Part shown: piece after piece, positions 9,246-17,218 of the stretch
Numbering within the stretch: the stretch's first letter is position 1
How the letters are laid out: each line of letters starts with the position of its first letter
Virus record (IMG/VR): IMGVR_UViG_3300020330_000002
Coordinates: 1 to 25,098 of that record
Direction: 5' to 3' (one strand)
From: a virus
Lineage: Duplodnaviria > Caudoviricetes
Length of the DNA stretch: 25,098 nucleotides
Program-made: the position numbers and the translations under genes
Notes under the pieces: generated by a model
The model's input: only the letters and a program-made list of their open reading frames with translations
Told to the model about the DNA's origin: nothing
The model's database searches: none

Positions 9246-9646
9246 TCCAGGTGGTACTTGTCCGCAAGGGCAGGCATCTTGCGTTTCAAAATTTCCGCCA
9301 AGAGTTTCGGCGCTTCGTCACGCCTGCGCGCCACCGTGGTTTTCGGTATACCCGTTACTCGCTCTATTTGACGAAGAGACAACTGGGCGCCGTAACGGCA
9401 TTCGAGCACCATTCGGTGTGGTTCGGGGAGTTCAGCCAACGCTTCGACAACAACTTTGTCTTGAGGTGACAACCACGTCGCCGCAGACGAGGAATGCGGC
9501 TCACGACCTGGTGGTGTTTGCATCAACGCGGCAAGCTCGTTCAGTGGTCTAGAGGTGTCACCCATTGGGAGCACGGCGCGGTAGTAATCGTTGAGTGCTC
9601 GGTCAAGTAACCAGCCCGTGGGATCCACACTGACCATTTTCGACAT
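9242..9646 (-). CDS. Sigma-70 region 4-like HTH protein (putative late-transcription regulator)
   Basis: ALAELPEPHRMVLECRYGAQLSLRQIERVTGIPKTTVARR matches the sigma r4 HTH; no clear region 2. Confidence 0.8.
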   Translation of the reverse strand: MSKMVSVDPTGWLLDRALNDYYRAVLPMGDTSRPLNELAALMQTPPGREPHSSSAATWLSPQDKVVVEALAELPEPHRMVLECRYGAQLSLRQIERVTGIPKTTVARRRDEAPKLLAEILKRKMPALADKYHLD

Positions 9647-9649
9647 CGA

Positions 9650-10096
9650 CTATCCCAACAAATCCCACACCTCTCCCGCCTTGATTGCATAGTACTCGTT
9701 TCCTTCTGGGAAAGCGCGGACTTCGGCGGCCTCTATGAGTCGGCGCAACTTCTTGATCGGGAACATGAGTTGCCGATCATGGTGTGAGTCGTGGAGGAAC
9801 AGGCGGACAGGCATGACGTTGCGGTCCCACCACAGCAGCGTCTGCCACTTATCTAACTTCATTTGAACTATTTGTTTGCGTCCGAAGCCTTGCACTTCAA
9901 CCAGGTAGTCGGATGTCAAATAGTCTGGTGTGTGGCGGATACGCAGCGGCAGTTTCCACATGGCTATGGGGGGACGGTTCAGCCCGAACCTGACGTAGTT
10001 GACGCCGCACCATTCCTCGAACACGCCTTCAGCCAGGTCGCCCATGCCGTCGAGGCGTTTCCCAAACTCCTGTTCGGAGAACTGGGCGTTGCTCAT
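9650..10096 (-). CDS. PD-(D/E)XK-fold nuclease-like protein
   Basis: G..AE..F helix then TPDY....LVEVQG; likely start ATG at 10096 (MSNAQF). Confidence 0.6.
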   Translation of the reverse strand: MSNAQFSEQEFGKRLDGMGDLAEGVFEEWCGVNYVRFGLNRPPIAMWKLPLRIRHTPDYLTSDYLVEVQGFGRKQIVQMKLDKWQTLLWWDRNVMPVRLFLHDSHHDRQLMFPIKKLRRLIEAAEVRAFPEGNEYYAIKAGEVWDLLG

Positions 10097-10182
10097 AGTG
10101 GTGACAGGCCCAAGTGCGCTAATGAACAAAACACAAATCTGGTTTTGAACGCACCTGGACCTGCCACTCCGTAACCTATCAC
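10093..10182 (-). CDS. Possible 29-aa linker peptide (MIGYGVAGPGAFKTRFVFCSLAHLGLSPL)
   Basis: GTGA overlap with the rusA stop and ATGA overlap with the downstream start. Confidence 0.35.
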   Translation of the reverse strand: MIGYGVAGPGAFKTRFVFCSLAHLGLSPL

Positions 10183-10520
10183 AGCTTCGTCGCCTCGATG
10201 TGATACACCAACTTGTCGTCAGGGTAGGCGATGCCGTTCAACCCGTCCAACGTGGCCTTGATCGCATTGTCCAAGTCGAAACGCAGTTTCGACGTGGCGT
10301 CAGGCATCTCCTCGATCTCAATGGTTTGATACTCGGGAGTGTACGCGATCCTCATAAGGATCGGGCTGTCAAACATGGGGCCGTCGTATGCTTCTGCGAT
10401 TGTTGCCTCGTACTCCAACGTCTCCTTCGGAGTGTAGACACGTCCCCGTCGCGTCATGCGGGGGCGCCCCTTGGGTCGGGGGCGCCCCTCAACGATAAAC
10501 GCGTATTCCTGATTGGGCAT
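10179..10520 (-). CDS. rusA: RusA-family Holliday junction resolvase
   Basis: GRPRPKGRPR..YTPKET N-terminus and DLDNAIKATLDGLNGIAYPDDKLV catalytic motif; start ATG at 10520. Confidence 0.93.
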   Translation of the reverse strand: MPNQEYAFIVEGRPRPKGRPRMTRRGRVYTPKETLEYEATIAEAYDGPMFDSPILMRIAYTPEYQTIEIEEMPDATSKLRFDLDNAIKATLDGLNGIAYPDDKLVYHIEATKL

Positions 10521-11541
10521 CTTGGAATGCTTTCTCTGCAAGTTTCCGTATCTGATACAACTGGTCGTGCTGGGGTTCACCGCCGACATAGAATTTGTGG
10601 GTGGACCTGTTGTCTAAATCCATCAACCAAGACACTACACGATCAAGAGAGTGGCCGTCGCGTGCAGCGAACGCAGCGAACTTATACAACCATCCGTGCC
10701 GACCTTTCCCTGCGCCTTGGTTCTCTATGAACGCTGACGGTGGCGGCCCATTCACAAACATTTCTTTCAGTGTGCCCCACATTGCCTTCGGCGCAGCCCT
10801 GCTTTCATGTGAAAGCGGGCGTCGCTCCATCCGTTGCGGCATTACCTTCAGCAACGCAGCCGCTTTGATGTCAGCGACCTTGCCTCGTCGGGCATTTGCC
10901 CGATGCAGAAACTCCTCCAACGGTATAGGGGTTCCGTCCTCTTCGACAATTATTTGCCTGTCGTGATGCGGTCGGTTACCAAAGTAGGGGAGCCTAACAA
11001 AGTTCCCTGGGGGGCCTGGTAGCGATTCGCTTTTCGGGAACGGCGAGTCGGTTGGTACGTCTGCGATCTGTTCGGCTGCTTGAAGACAGTTTCTCATGTC
11101 GGCAGTGGAGCACCAGGTGTCGGAGAACACCCAAATGTGGGCGCCCCCTGATCGTGTGCGTTCCACCCATGCGGGTATGTCCAACGCTGCGAGAACGGCG
11201 CGCAGGCTGAACGCATAGTTCGCCACCTCATCCTCTGTTCCCTGCCCTGAGTGGTGCTCAGACTTGGCGTCGATGTCGATGCACCCCCAAGCGCACACCC
11301 ACAACGCAGGATCCATGTCGGGGTATCGGCGGTTCTCATCCCACCCTCTGGGACCGACGTGTTTGTGTTTCGGGTCGTACACCATCGGGTAGATACCCAG
11401 CGGGGCTTCACCATCTAGGTGTCGGCGGAAGTGGGCCAACGAGAGGTCTTCCCAGATGGTGTGCGGGTGGTCGCCTGATTCTCCCCACGCATAGGGGAAC
11501 CCATGGAATGTCATGTGGAACCATGACGTGAGGTCAGTCAT
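10489..11541 (-). CDS. Archaeo-eukaryotic primase (prim-pol) with C-terminal helical domain
   Basis: HLDG..LGIYP, CIDID (motif I), ERTRSGGAHIWVF (motif II), FPK..GNFVRLPY; adjacent to the helicase. Confidence 0.88.
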   Translation of the reverse strand: MTDLTSWFHMTFHGFPYAWGESGDHPHTIWEDLSLAHFRRHLDGEAPLGIYPMVYDPKHKHVGPRGWDENRRYPDMDPALWVCAWGCIDIDAKSEHHSGQGTEDEVANYAFSLRAVLAALDIPAWVERTRSGGAHIWVFSDTWCSTADMRNCLQAAEQIADVPTDSPFPKSESLPGPPGNFVRLPYFGNRPHHDRQIIVEEDGTPIPLEEFLHRANARRGKVADIKAAALLKVMPQRMERRPLSHESRAAPKAMWGTLKEMFVNGPPPSAFIENQGAGKGRHGWLYKFAAFAARDGHSLDRVVSWLMDLDNRSTHKFYVGGEPQHDQLYQIRKLAEKAFQDAQSGIRVYR

Positions 11542-12574
11542 GGTCGAGCGCGCCTAGACGGTACTGGATCACCGTTTCTTCCCACGGGTCCAACAGTTTA
11601 CCTGCCTTCGTGATCTCCATATTGATGGTGACCTTCTTGCCGTCGAACCTCTTGTTCTTAACCAGGGCCACACCGAACACGTTTTCTAGTTGTGCTCGTT
11701 CGTCGGGAGCCAACCCGTCGGCTTCGTGTGGGCGCCACACGGTCAGCATGAAGTGGGCCAGATCTTCTCCACCGTAACGACCCGCCTCGATGCCTAGAGC
11801 TGAGCCACGGGACGCTGAGCCACGGGACGCCTGATGCACGATGATGGTCACCGCATCGTGCCTCATCCCCAGCGACTTCAAAGCCGATATGCGGGATGGG
11901 TCATCGGCCAGGTCGGAGTCGTCTAGTTGGGAAGCAAAGTCCCAGACGAACACGTCGGCCTTGCGCCCGTATGCGTTCTCAGCCCATGTGCCCAGCATGT
12001 GGTCCGCTACGTCCAGAGGTCCCTCTGTTTGGATACCCGCCTTACGCATCGCTGCGGCGTACTGGGACAAGGTGGAGCGGTCGATGATCCGCAGGTTCCT
12101 GAGGTCTGTCTCCGACTGGTGACGTATCGCTGCAAGGATCTGGTCGTCGCCCCTGCGGGCCAGATCGTACACCTCGCGTGGATTTCTGTTGAGCCTGATG
12201 CTCAACATGCGAGACAGCACCATCAAGTCGGGTTCGTCAGGTGTCATCCACATGACGACGTTGTTCGGGTTGCGGGCAACGGCGTTGATTATCAGCAGCG
12301 TCTTGCCCGTGTGGGCTTTACCAGCCACAACCAGGCATTCACGTTTCTTTAGACCGCCGCCAAGTGCGTCGTCTATTTCGTGGATCCCAAGGGGCCACTT
12401 GTTGGATGCATCTGACGCGTCTTCTATCAGGCGTTCAGCAATGTCTAGGCAGGTAGGCAGGCTAGGGACGGCAACAGGGCGGGCGGGTTCTTCGGGGGAG
12501 AGAGTAGCCGAATCACCAGCCCGCGCCTGCTGCACCCGCGCCTGAGCCTCATCGAGGGTCAGCCGCGTGTTCAT
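11534..12574 (-). CDS. DnaB-like (SF4) replicative helicase
   Basis: GIHEIDDALGGGL, Walker A GKAHTGKT, Walker B VFVWDF, IIVHQ (H3), LVKNKRFDG (H4). Confidence 0.9.
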   Translation of the reverse strand: MNTRLTLDEAQARVQQARAGDSATLSPEEPARPVAVPSLPTCLDIAERLIEDASDASNKWPLGIHEIDDALGGGLKKRECLVVAGKAHTGKTLLIINAVARNPNNVVMWMTPDEPDLMVLSRMLSIRLNRNPREVYDLARRGDDQILAAIRHQSETDLRNLRIIDRSTLSQYAAAMRKAGIQTEGPLDVADHMLGTWAENAYGRKADVFVWDFASQLDDSDLADDPSRISALKSLGMRHDAVTIIVHQASRGSASRGSALGIEAGRYGGEDLAHFMLTVWRPHEADGLAPDERAQLENVFGVALVKNKRFDGKKVTINMEITKAGKLLDPWEETVIQYRLGALDHD

Positions 12575-12575
12575 G

Positions 12576-13160
12576 TCACCTCACGTATGCGGGGGGGCGC
12601 GTGAAGGACGAAGGCAGTTTATCAAAGTCGATGGCGTAGCCAGCGTACCTGTTGAGGTGGGCACCCCATTCTCCTCCTAGCCGTTCAACAGGCTTGACCT
12701 TGGCGTCAGGGTAGGTCGCCACGTTGGTGATCTTCCGACCGTTGACTTCGCCAGCCGACTTGGCGCTCTGATTGCAGTAGAAGTTCGAGTCCATCGACCC
12801 GAACGTGATGCCGCTGAGGCGCTCGTACTCAATGGCTTGAGTAACGTAATCAAAGGCATCCTCCCTGATCCACGGCGACTTGGGGCGTGTACCAGAAGCC
12901 GCTGAGCCGCCCTGTGAGGGCGCCTGAGGGGCTGCGGGGGGCGTTGGGGGGACTGGTGCCACCTGAACGCCTGGCATGGCCTCAGCAATCGCCTGTGCGG
13001 CTGCGGTGGCAAACGTGTTTGCATTCACGATGCCATGCAGGTCGCTCCAGTTGGCACGCACCTCTTCATACGTGAAGACACCCGCACTTACCAAAGCAGC
13101 CATTACCTGAGCCGTCGCAGAGTTACAGTTCTGCGCGACTATCAACTTGTCCTTATCCAT
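12576..13160 (-). CDS. Hypothetical replication-module protein, 194 aa (possible ssDNA-binding/annealing role)
   Basis: RBS GGAGG 6 nt before the ATG at 13160; two domains joined by a Pro/Ala linker; sits between exonuclease and helicase. Confidence 0.65.
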   Translation of the reverse strand: MDKDKLIVAQNCNSATAQVMAALVSAGVFTYEEVRANWSDLHGIVNANTFATAAAQAIAEAMPGVQVAPVPPTPPAAPQAPSQGGSAASGTRPKSPWIREDAFDYVTQAIEYERLSGITFGSMDSNFYCNQSAKSAGEVNGRKITNVATYPDAKVKPVERLGGEWGAHLNRYAGYAIDFDKLPSSFTRPPAYVR

Positions 13161-13998
13161 TTGCATCCTCCGATGCTGTCGTATTGCCTTTGCAAACAGA
13201 CCAGCACGGCGCCCACTTCTCGGAGCACCACCAGCCTGCATCATTCAACGGCCAAACCTTCAGGCTTGACTGTTCCACGAGGCGGCTCGCCGCCTCGACC
13301 TTGCGTCGCAGGAACTGGAAGTCCTGCTCGCCTCGTTCAACTGTCAACGACGACACCTCACCGCTCGCACCGTACATGCAGTAGAACGTCATCGTCTTAC
13401 GGCCCGTCGCCCAACAGTACGTGGTGGACTGGGGATCCCATTTCCTGTAGTCCGACTTCTGAAAATCGGTCTTGAAGTAGTCACGGCCAGGGAACTTCCA
13501 ATCAACCAAACCCATGTTGCTATCTATTAGGTCGATGCGTCCCGTCATCCGAACGACACGCTCGTCGTCCTCAAACAGCAACTCGTTGAAGTCCACCTCC
13601 ACCCCGATGGGGGTCAGGCTCGGGTACACCTGCTCGTACCACGAATCCAATCTCGTTGCGCCCGTCTTCTCCATAGCGGAACGAGACTTGAACTTGTCCC
13701 ACTTGGTGATCGTCGGAACGAGGTCGTCCAACTCGTGGACGAACCGCTCATGGAGGGCAGTATAAGTCTCGTCACAGAGGTGGATTGGGGCAGCCATCAA
13801 CCCGTCGGGAACCGTGATGATGTACTCGACGGCGTTGTGGCATGCCGTACCCAACGTGGAGGCAGCCCCCTCCCAATCGGCAACCTCTCCGCTCCATATG
13901 AGACGTGCCCGTTCAGGGCACATGTCCAACGCCTTCAGGTCGGACTGGTGCCAGGTGTGATGCCAACGTCCGTCTTCGATGTAATGCTCTTCGTTCAT
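13153..13998 (-). CDS. RecB/Cas4-like PD-(D/E)XK exonuclease with probable Fe-S cluster
   Basis: QSDL..CP, GTACH, GRIDLI, LVDWKF, QSTTY, C-terminal CSEKWAPCWSVC; RBS AAGGAG before the ATG at 13998. Confidence 0.88.
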   Translation of the reverse strand: MNEEHYIEDGRWHHTWHQSDLKALDMCPERARLIWSGEVADWEGAASTLGTACHNAVEYIITVPDGLMAAPIHLCDETYTALHERFVHELDDLVPTITKWDKFKSRSAMEKTGATRLDSWYEQVYPSLTPIGVEVDFNELLFEDDERVVRMTGRIDLIDSNMGLVDWKFPGRDYFKTDFQKSDYRKWDPQSTTYCWATGRKTMTFYCMYGASGEVSSLTVERGEQDFQFLRRKVEAASRLVEQSSLKVWPLNDAGWWCSEKWAPCWSVCKGNTTASEDANG

Positions 13999-14026
13999 TT
14001 CTCTCTCCTTCTCTCTTGGGCTAGAG

Positions 14027-14079
14027 GCTAGCAGGCCCACCCCCTAAGGGGTGGGCCGCTGGCCTGCTTGCCTGCTAGC
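14027..14079. other. Nested GC-rich inverted repeats in the intergenic leader of the replication operon
   Basis: GGCCCACCCC-CTAA-GGGGTGGGCC (14034-14057); GCTAGCAGGC (14027-36) can pair with GCCTGCTAGC (14070-79). Confidence 0.75.
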
Positions 14080-14083
14080 AGCC

Positions 14084-14092
14084 AGTATAACA
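14084..14092 (-). promoter_or_regulatory. Putative extended -10 promoter (TGnTATACT) for the replication operon
   Basis: Minus strand reads TGTTATACT about 90 nt upstream of the exonuclease start; no good -35. Confidence 0.5.
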
Positions 14093-14118
14093 CTGTTCTT
14101 TCCGTAGGTCGCGGACGG

Positions 14119-14529
14119 TCACTGGTTCGCTGCCTCCCGCGCCGCATTGGTGGCGACGGGATGGGCCACGATAGCAGCCATTTCCTCCTTGCTTATCTTG
14201 TTGGCGGGCAACGCCTTGGGTAGGAACCTCATACCCAAGGTGTGGCCGAAGTGGTGTTCCTCGGCCCACGCCTCAAGCAGGCCCCTCGCACCCACCGCCA
14301 ACATGGCGTTTTGAACTGTGCCGTTCCTGCCTGTCCTTATACGGGAAGCCTCAACGACTGCGCTCCGTCGGTCCTCAAACACGAGGTCAGTGGACGCCAA
14401 CGCTTCGCCTGGTTTGTTCACCGCCTCCTGCACGAGATGCCACAGGGCACGAGAGCGAAGTGTCTTGTAACCCCGCTGCCTGTCCACCCCTGTCGGGGTG
14501 GAGATCGCTGGAATAATCTTTTTATTCAT
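14119..14529 (-). CDS. Hypothetical protein, 136 aa
   Basis: RBS GAAGGAGAG before the ATG; protein-like composition. Confidence 0.75.
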   Translation of the reverse strand: MNKKIIPAISTPTGVDRQRGYKTLRSRALWHLVQEAVNKPGEALASTDLVFEDRRSAVVEASRIRTGRNGTVQNAMLAVGARGLLEAWAEEHHFGHTLGMRFLPKALPANKISKEEMAAIVAHPVATNAAREAANQ

Positions 14530-14683
14530 CTTGCTCTCCTTCTGTCACTTCCAGTGACAGTACATCTGCTTTGGATGTCTGCCATCGGCCAGTTGTCAAG
14601 TTGCCGTCTTCATCAACGACGAACGGGATCAGCCCCGTCAACAGCACCTCGTATGTCATGGTTAGATTCTTTGGTTTCCCCAC
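14522..14683 (-). CDS. Hypothetical protein, 53 aa (MGKPKNLTMTYEVLLTG...EGEQDE)
   Basis: RBS AAGGAG before GTG at 14683; stop overlaps the next start. Confidence 0.65.
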   Translation of the reverse strand: MGKPKNLTMTYEVLLTGLIPFVVDEDGNLTTGRWQTSKADVLSLEVTEGEQDE

Positions 14684-14724
14684 CTTTCTCCTTCCGCTCG
14701 TTTCGCATTGTGCATATACGGTCT

Positions 14725-14754
14725 ATCATAGTACGATACGTTGTGTGTGTTCAA
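14725..14754 (-). promoter_or_regulatory. Putative sigma-70-type promoter TTGAAC-N18-TATGAT
   Basis: Lies in an AT-richer gap directly after the whiB stop. Confidence 0.6.
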
Positions 14755-14978
14755 ACCCCCCCAAGCGCAGCCCTCCTCAATGGACGCCGCTTCTTCGGAG
14801 CAAGCCCACCCCAAACACCGAACACCTCAGGCGCCGACACCGCATGAGAAAGACACTCCTCCCTCACAACGCAAGAGGCACACACAGCCTTCGCCTCCGA
14901 AGGATCACCGTTACCCACCTCCAAGTAGAAGAGATCAACAGGTATCCCCGCACACGCAGCATCCTCTCTCCAACTCAT
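14751..14978 (-). CDS. whiB: WhiB-family Fe-S transcription factor
   Basis: W..AAC..DLFY..AKAVCASCVVREECL..GVWGGL..RR, with four conserved Cys. Confidence 0.97.
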   Translation of the reverse strand: MSWREDAACAGIPVDLFYLEVGNGDPSEAKAVCASCVVREECLSHAVSAPEVFGVWGGLAPKKRRPLRRAALGGV

Positions 14979-15208
14979 TCGGCAAGCTCCTCAAACACGG
15001 TGCCCCAACAGTCCCCGCAGATATACCCGAAGCCGTTGCGGGCACCCATCACCAGTTCACGCTCAGCCGACGACAAGGCAGGAAACAGATCCTGAACCAG
15101 CCCCTCCCTGAGCACAAACCTATTCCACGCCGCCGTCGGCACGCCACCCGCCAGGTGCCGCTCCTCGCCGCAGGGGCCGCAAGTAGCCCTGATCTCACTA
15201 CCCTTCAT
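14975..15208 (-). CDS. Small zinc-finger protein, 77 aa
   Basis: CGPC...VQDLFPALSSAERELVMG...CGDCW; overlaps both neighbours. Confidence 0.75.
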   Translation of the reverse strand: MKGSEIRATCGPCGEERHLAGGVPTAAWNRFVLREGLVQDLFPALSSAERELVMGARNGFGYICGDCWGTVFEELAE

Positions 15209-16259
15209 CCATCTCTCCTATCTGTTCGAGCAGCCACCCGTATGCGGCTGCCGCCTGTTGCGGGACAACACCGTTGCCCAACATCTTCAACTCCTGGGAG
15301 CGGGACAAGCCCGCACCTGTCACCCACCCATCAGGCAGACCCATCATCCACTCCACGAACCGTGACGACAGCTTGCTGTCGGTCACTGGGGCGGGGGCGC
15401 ATCGTCCACTCGCCCACTCCCATCGGGCGATGGCGTCGGCATAGTCTCCCCACCCAACTTGGCTGCCACCACGTTCAGGGGATCTGAGTTTCTGTTCCAC
15501 TGGGACGGACCCGCATTGTTCGCCCCGTCCTGGGCTGTCGGCGTCGGCAACAGACGCTGCACCTCTATCGACAGGGACTTGCCGTGCCCGTTGCCGTTGC
15601 GATGCTTCTCCCTCTGCTCCGCCGTCCACGCATCCCACTTCTCCACCGTCTTGCCCGCCCCCATGTCGTTCACCACAGGCGTAGGCAACAGATGGGGTAT
15701 GTCCCACAGGTTCGCCCCCATCTTCGAGTTGCGATGCACGTCGGGCGTCACCCCATGCTTCGCTGCCTGCGCCGTCGGCGTGGGCAACTGCGAACCATCG
15801 GTCGCGCCTATGACAGGCACCCACAGACTGGTCGGCTCGAACACATGCCCACTCCGCATCGAAGCCTCCTTCGGCCAACGCATCGAGGACTTGCCCGAAG
15901 GCATCACCCTGGTTGGCGGTGAGCAAACCCCGCACGTTCTCCAAGAACAACCACTGTGCGCCTGCTCGTCTTGCCACAGAGACGACATCTCTAATCAACC
16001 ACCTTTCATCATCTATACCTGCCCGCCTCCCAGCATGGGACACGGGTTGACACGGGAACCCTGCCGTGATCGCATCCACCTGCGGTGGATCGGCGATCTC
16101 GGTCAGGTCACCCAAGTTCGGTACCCCGAACCGTGCATCCAACACGGCAGAGGCATGCTTGTCTGTCTCAGCCACCCACACCAGGTCGGTGTCGATGCCT
16201 GCCAGTTGCAGCCCTAGTTCAAGGCCGCCGTACCCTGCACACAGGGCGCCAACCCGCAC
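15198..16259 (-). CDS. DNA cytosine-C5 methyltransferase (catalytic chain)
   Basis: Motif I ALCAGYGG, IV GFPCQP, VI ENV, VIII HRRDRWF, IX/X FVEWMMGLPDGW..LGNGVVP; GTG start at 16259 overlaps the upstream TAG. Confidence 0.95.
   Translation of the reverse strand: MRVGALCAGYGGLELGLQLAGIDTDLVWVAETDKHASAVLDARFGVPNLGDLTEIADPPQVDAITAGFPCQPVSHAGRRAGIDDERWLIRDVVSVARRAGAQWLFLENVRGLLTANQGDAFGQVLDALAEGGFDAEWACVRADQSVGACHRRDRWFAVAHADGAGSEAWGDARRASQLEDGGEPVGHTPSVAYACGERHGGGQDGGEVGCVDGGAEGEASQRQRARQVPVDRGAASVADADSPGRGEQCGSVPVEQKLRSPERGGSQVGWGDYADAIARWEWASGRCAPAPVTDSKLSSRFVEWMMGLPDGWVTGAGLSRSQELKMLGNGVVPQQAAAAYGWLLEQIGEMDEG
15383..15988 (-). CDS. Overprinted alternative-frame ORF within the MTase with LPTP repeats; putative target-recognition (beta) subunit
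   Basis: 201-aa ORF on the same strand in a different frame; AAAGGTGG upstream of the ATG; LPTPTAQ/LLPTPVVND/LLPTPTAQD/MPTP repeats typical of phage C5-MTase variable regions. Confidence 0.75.
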   Translation of the reverse strand: MSSLWQDEQAHSGCSWRTCGVCSPPTRVMPSGKSSMRWPKEASMRSGHVFEPTSLWVPVIGATDGSQLPTPTAQAAKHGVTPDVHRNSKMGANLWDIPHLLPTPVVNDMGAGKTVEKWDAWTAEQREKHRNGNGHGKSLSIEVQRLLPTPTAQDGANNAGPSQWNRNSDPLNVVAAKLGGETMPTPSPDGSGRVDDAPPPQ

Positions 16260-16693
16260 TACTCCTTCACCTCCACCCACTCAACTGGCTTCGGGAAGAG
16301 TTCCTTCGCCCCGTCGGGGCCGAACTCCCACCTCCACTTGTCGCCGTCCTCACCACACCACACCATGTAGCCCGTCATCAGGTTGCCGATGGTGAAGATG
16401 AACAAGTCTTCCTGCCCCGCCTTGGAGTCGTAGTCCGTGAACAGCAGGTCACCGTCCTCGTTCTCATCGAACCAGAACCTCAAGTCTGCGAGGATGGCCT
16501 TCGCATCGGCACACGTATCGGGATAGTTCGAGTCCATCCACGAGAACCACTTCTCCTCCCCGTCGGGGCCGAAACACCCCCCCTGTTTGAGGTCGTCGTT
16601 GTCATTCAGCGCACACATGCGGCGGTATGCCTCCGCCTGGTGCTTCTTCGGGAGCACCGCAGTGCTCTCCTCCAACCTTACATAGTAACCCAT
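16259..16693 (-). CDS. Hypothetical phage protein, 144 aa
   Basis: RBS AAAGGAGAG; Trp/acidic-rich, GEDGDKWRW motif. Confidence 0.8.
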   Translation of the reverse strand: MGYYVRLEESTAVLPKKHQAEAYRRMCALNDNDDLKQGGCFGPDGEEKWFSWMDSNYPDTCADAKAILADLRFWFDENEDGDLLFTDYDSKAGQEDLFIFTIGNLMTGYMVWCGEDGDKWRWEFGPDGAKELFPKPVEWVEVKE

Positions 16694-16720
16694 ATCACTC
16701 TCTCCTTTGTTTGTTGTTTG

Positions 16721-16924
16721 TCAGCCGACCTGCATCAAAGCGCCACAGATCGAACACGAATAGGCGTCACCCAACGGGCCATCAGTTGTCTCGTGATCCC
16801 ACGGCACCTCATCGCAGTTGTGTTCAGCCACCTTCCTGGCCCTAATGTGGGCCAGCCTCTCTGCCCTGTCGTCATCCAACATCTGTTGGACTGACGGATC
16901 AGACATGTCCATGTACTTAGGCAT
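16721..16924 (-). CDS. Zinc-ribbon-like microprotein, 67 aa (MPKYMDM...HNC...CSICG)
   Basis: ATG at 16924 overlaps the end of the upstream gene; HxC and CxxC motifs. Confidence 0.7.
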   Translation of the reverse strand: MPKYMDMSDPSVQQMLDDDRAERLAHIRARKVAEHNCDEVPWDHETTDGPLGDAYSCSICGALMQVG

Positions 16925-17048
16925 CGTCTTCATCCTCTCGTCGGCGCAGTTCTTCACGCCCCTCGTTGACCTTCTCTTCCAACTCATCGCACAGATCCTC
17001 CAAGGTGTCTGCATCCATGAGTGTCAGGTCTTCCATCCACATGCTCAT
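16917..17048 (-). CDS. Acidic coiled-coil microprotein, 43 aa (MSMWMEDLTL...)
   Basis: ATGA overlap with the upstream gene. Confidence 0.65.
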   Translation of the reverse strand: MSMWMEDLTLMDADTLEDLCDELEEKVNEGREELRRREDEDDA

Positions 17049-17218
17049 GGCTTGCCCCCACATTCGGGGCAGCCCTCGCACACAGGAGTGAGGTACATCT
17101 CTGTCTCCTCCCAATCAAGGATCCACGAATCCAAGTCATGGTCGATGTGATCCCTGGCGCAAACACCAGGCGACCCGTCTCCCAACCAGATGGTGAACTC
17201 AACCTTGAAGATGCTCAT
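17045..17218 (-). CDS. Microprotein, 57 aa (MSIFKVEFTIWLG...CEGCPECGGKP)
   Basis: ATGA overlaps at both ends; GGAG RBS; absent from the supplied track. Confidence 0.7.
   Translation of the reverse strand: MSIFKVEFTIWLGDGSPGVCARDHIDHDLDSWILDWEETEMYLTPVCEGCPECGGKP

Noticed and set aside
13153-13998. Cas4 as evidence of a CRISPR-Cas system
   Set aside because: A solo Cas4/RecB-like exonuclease in a phage replication module is common; no other cas genes or array
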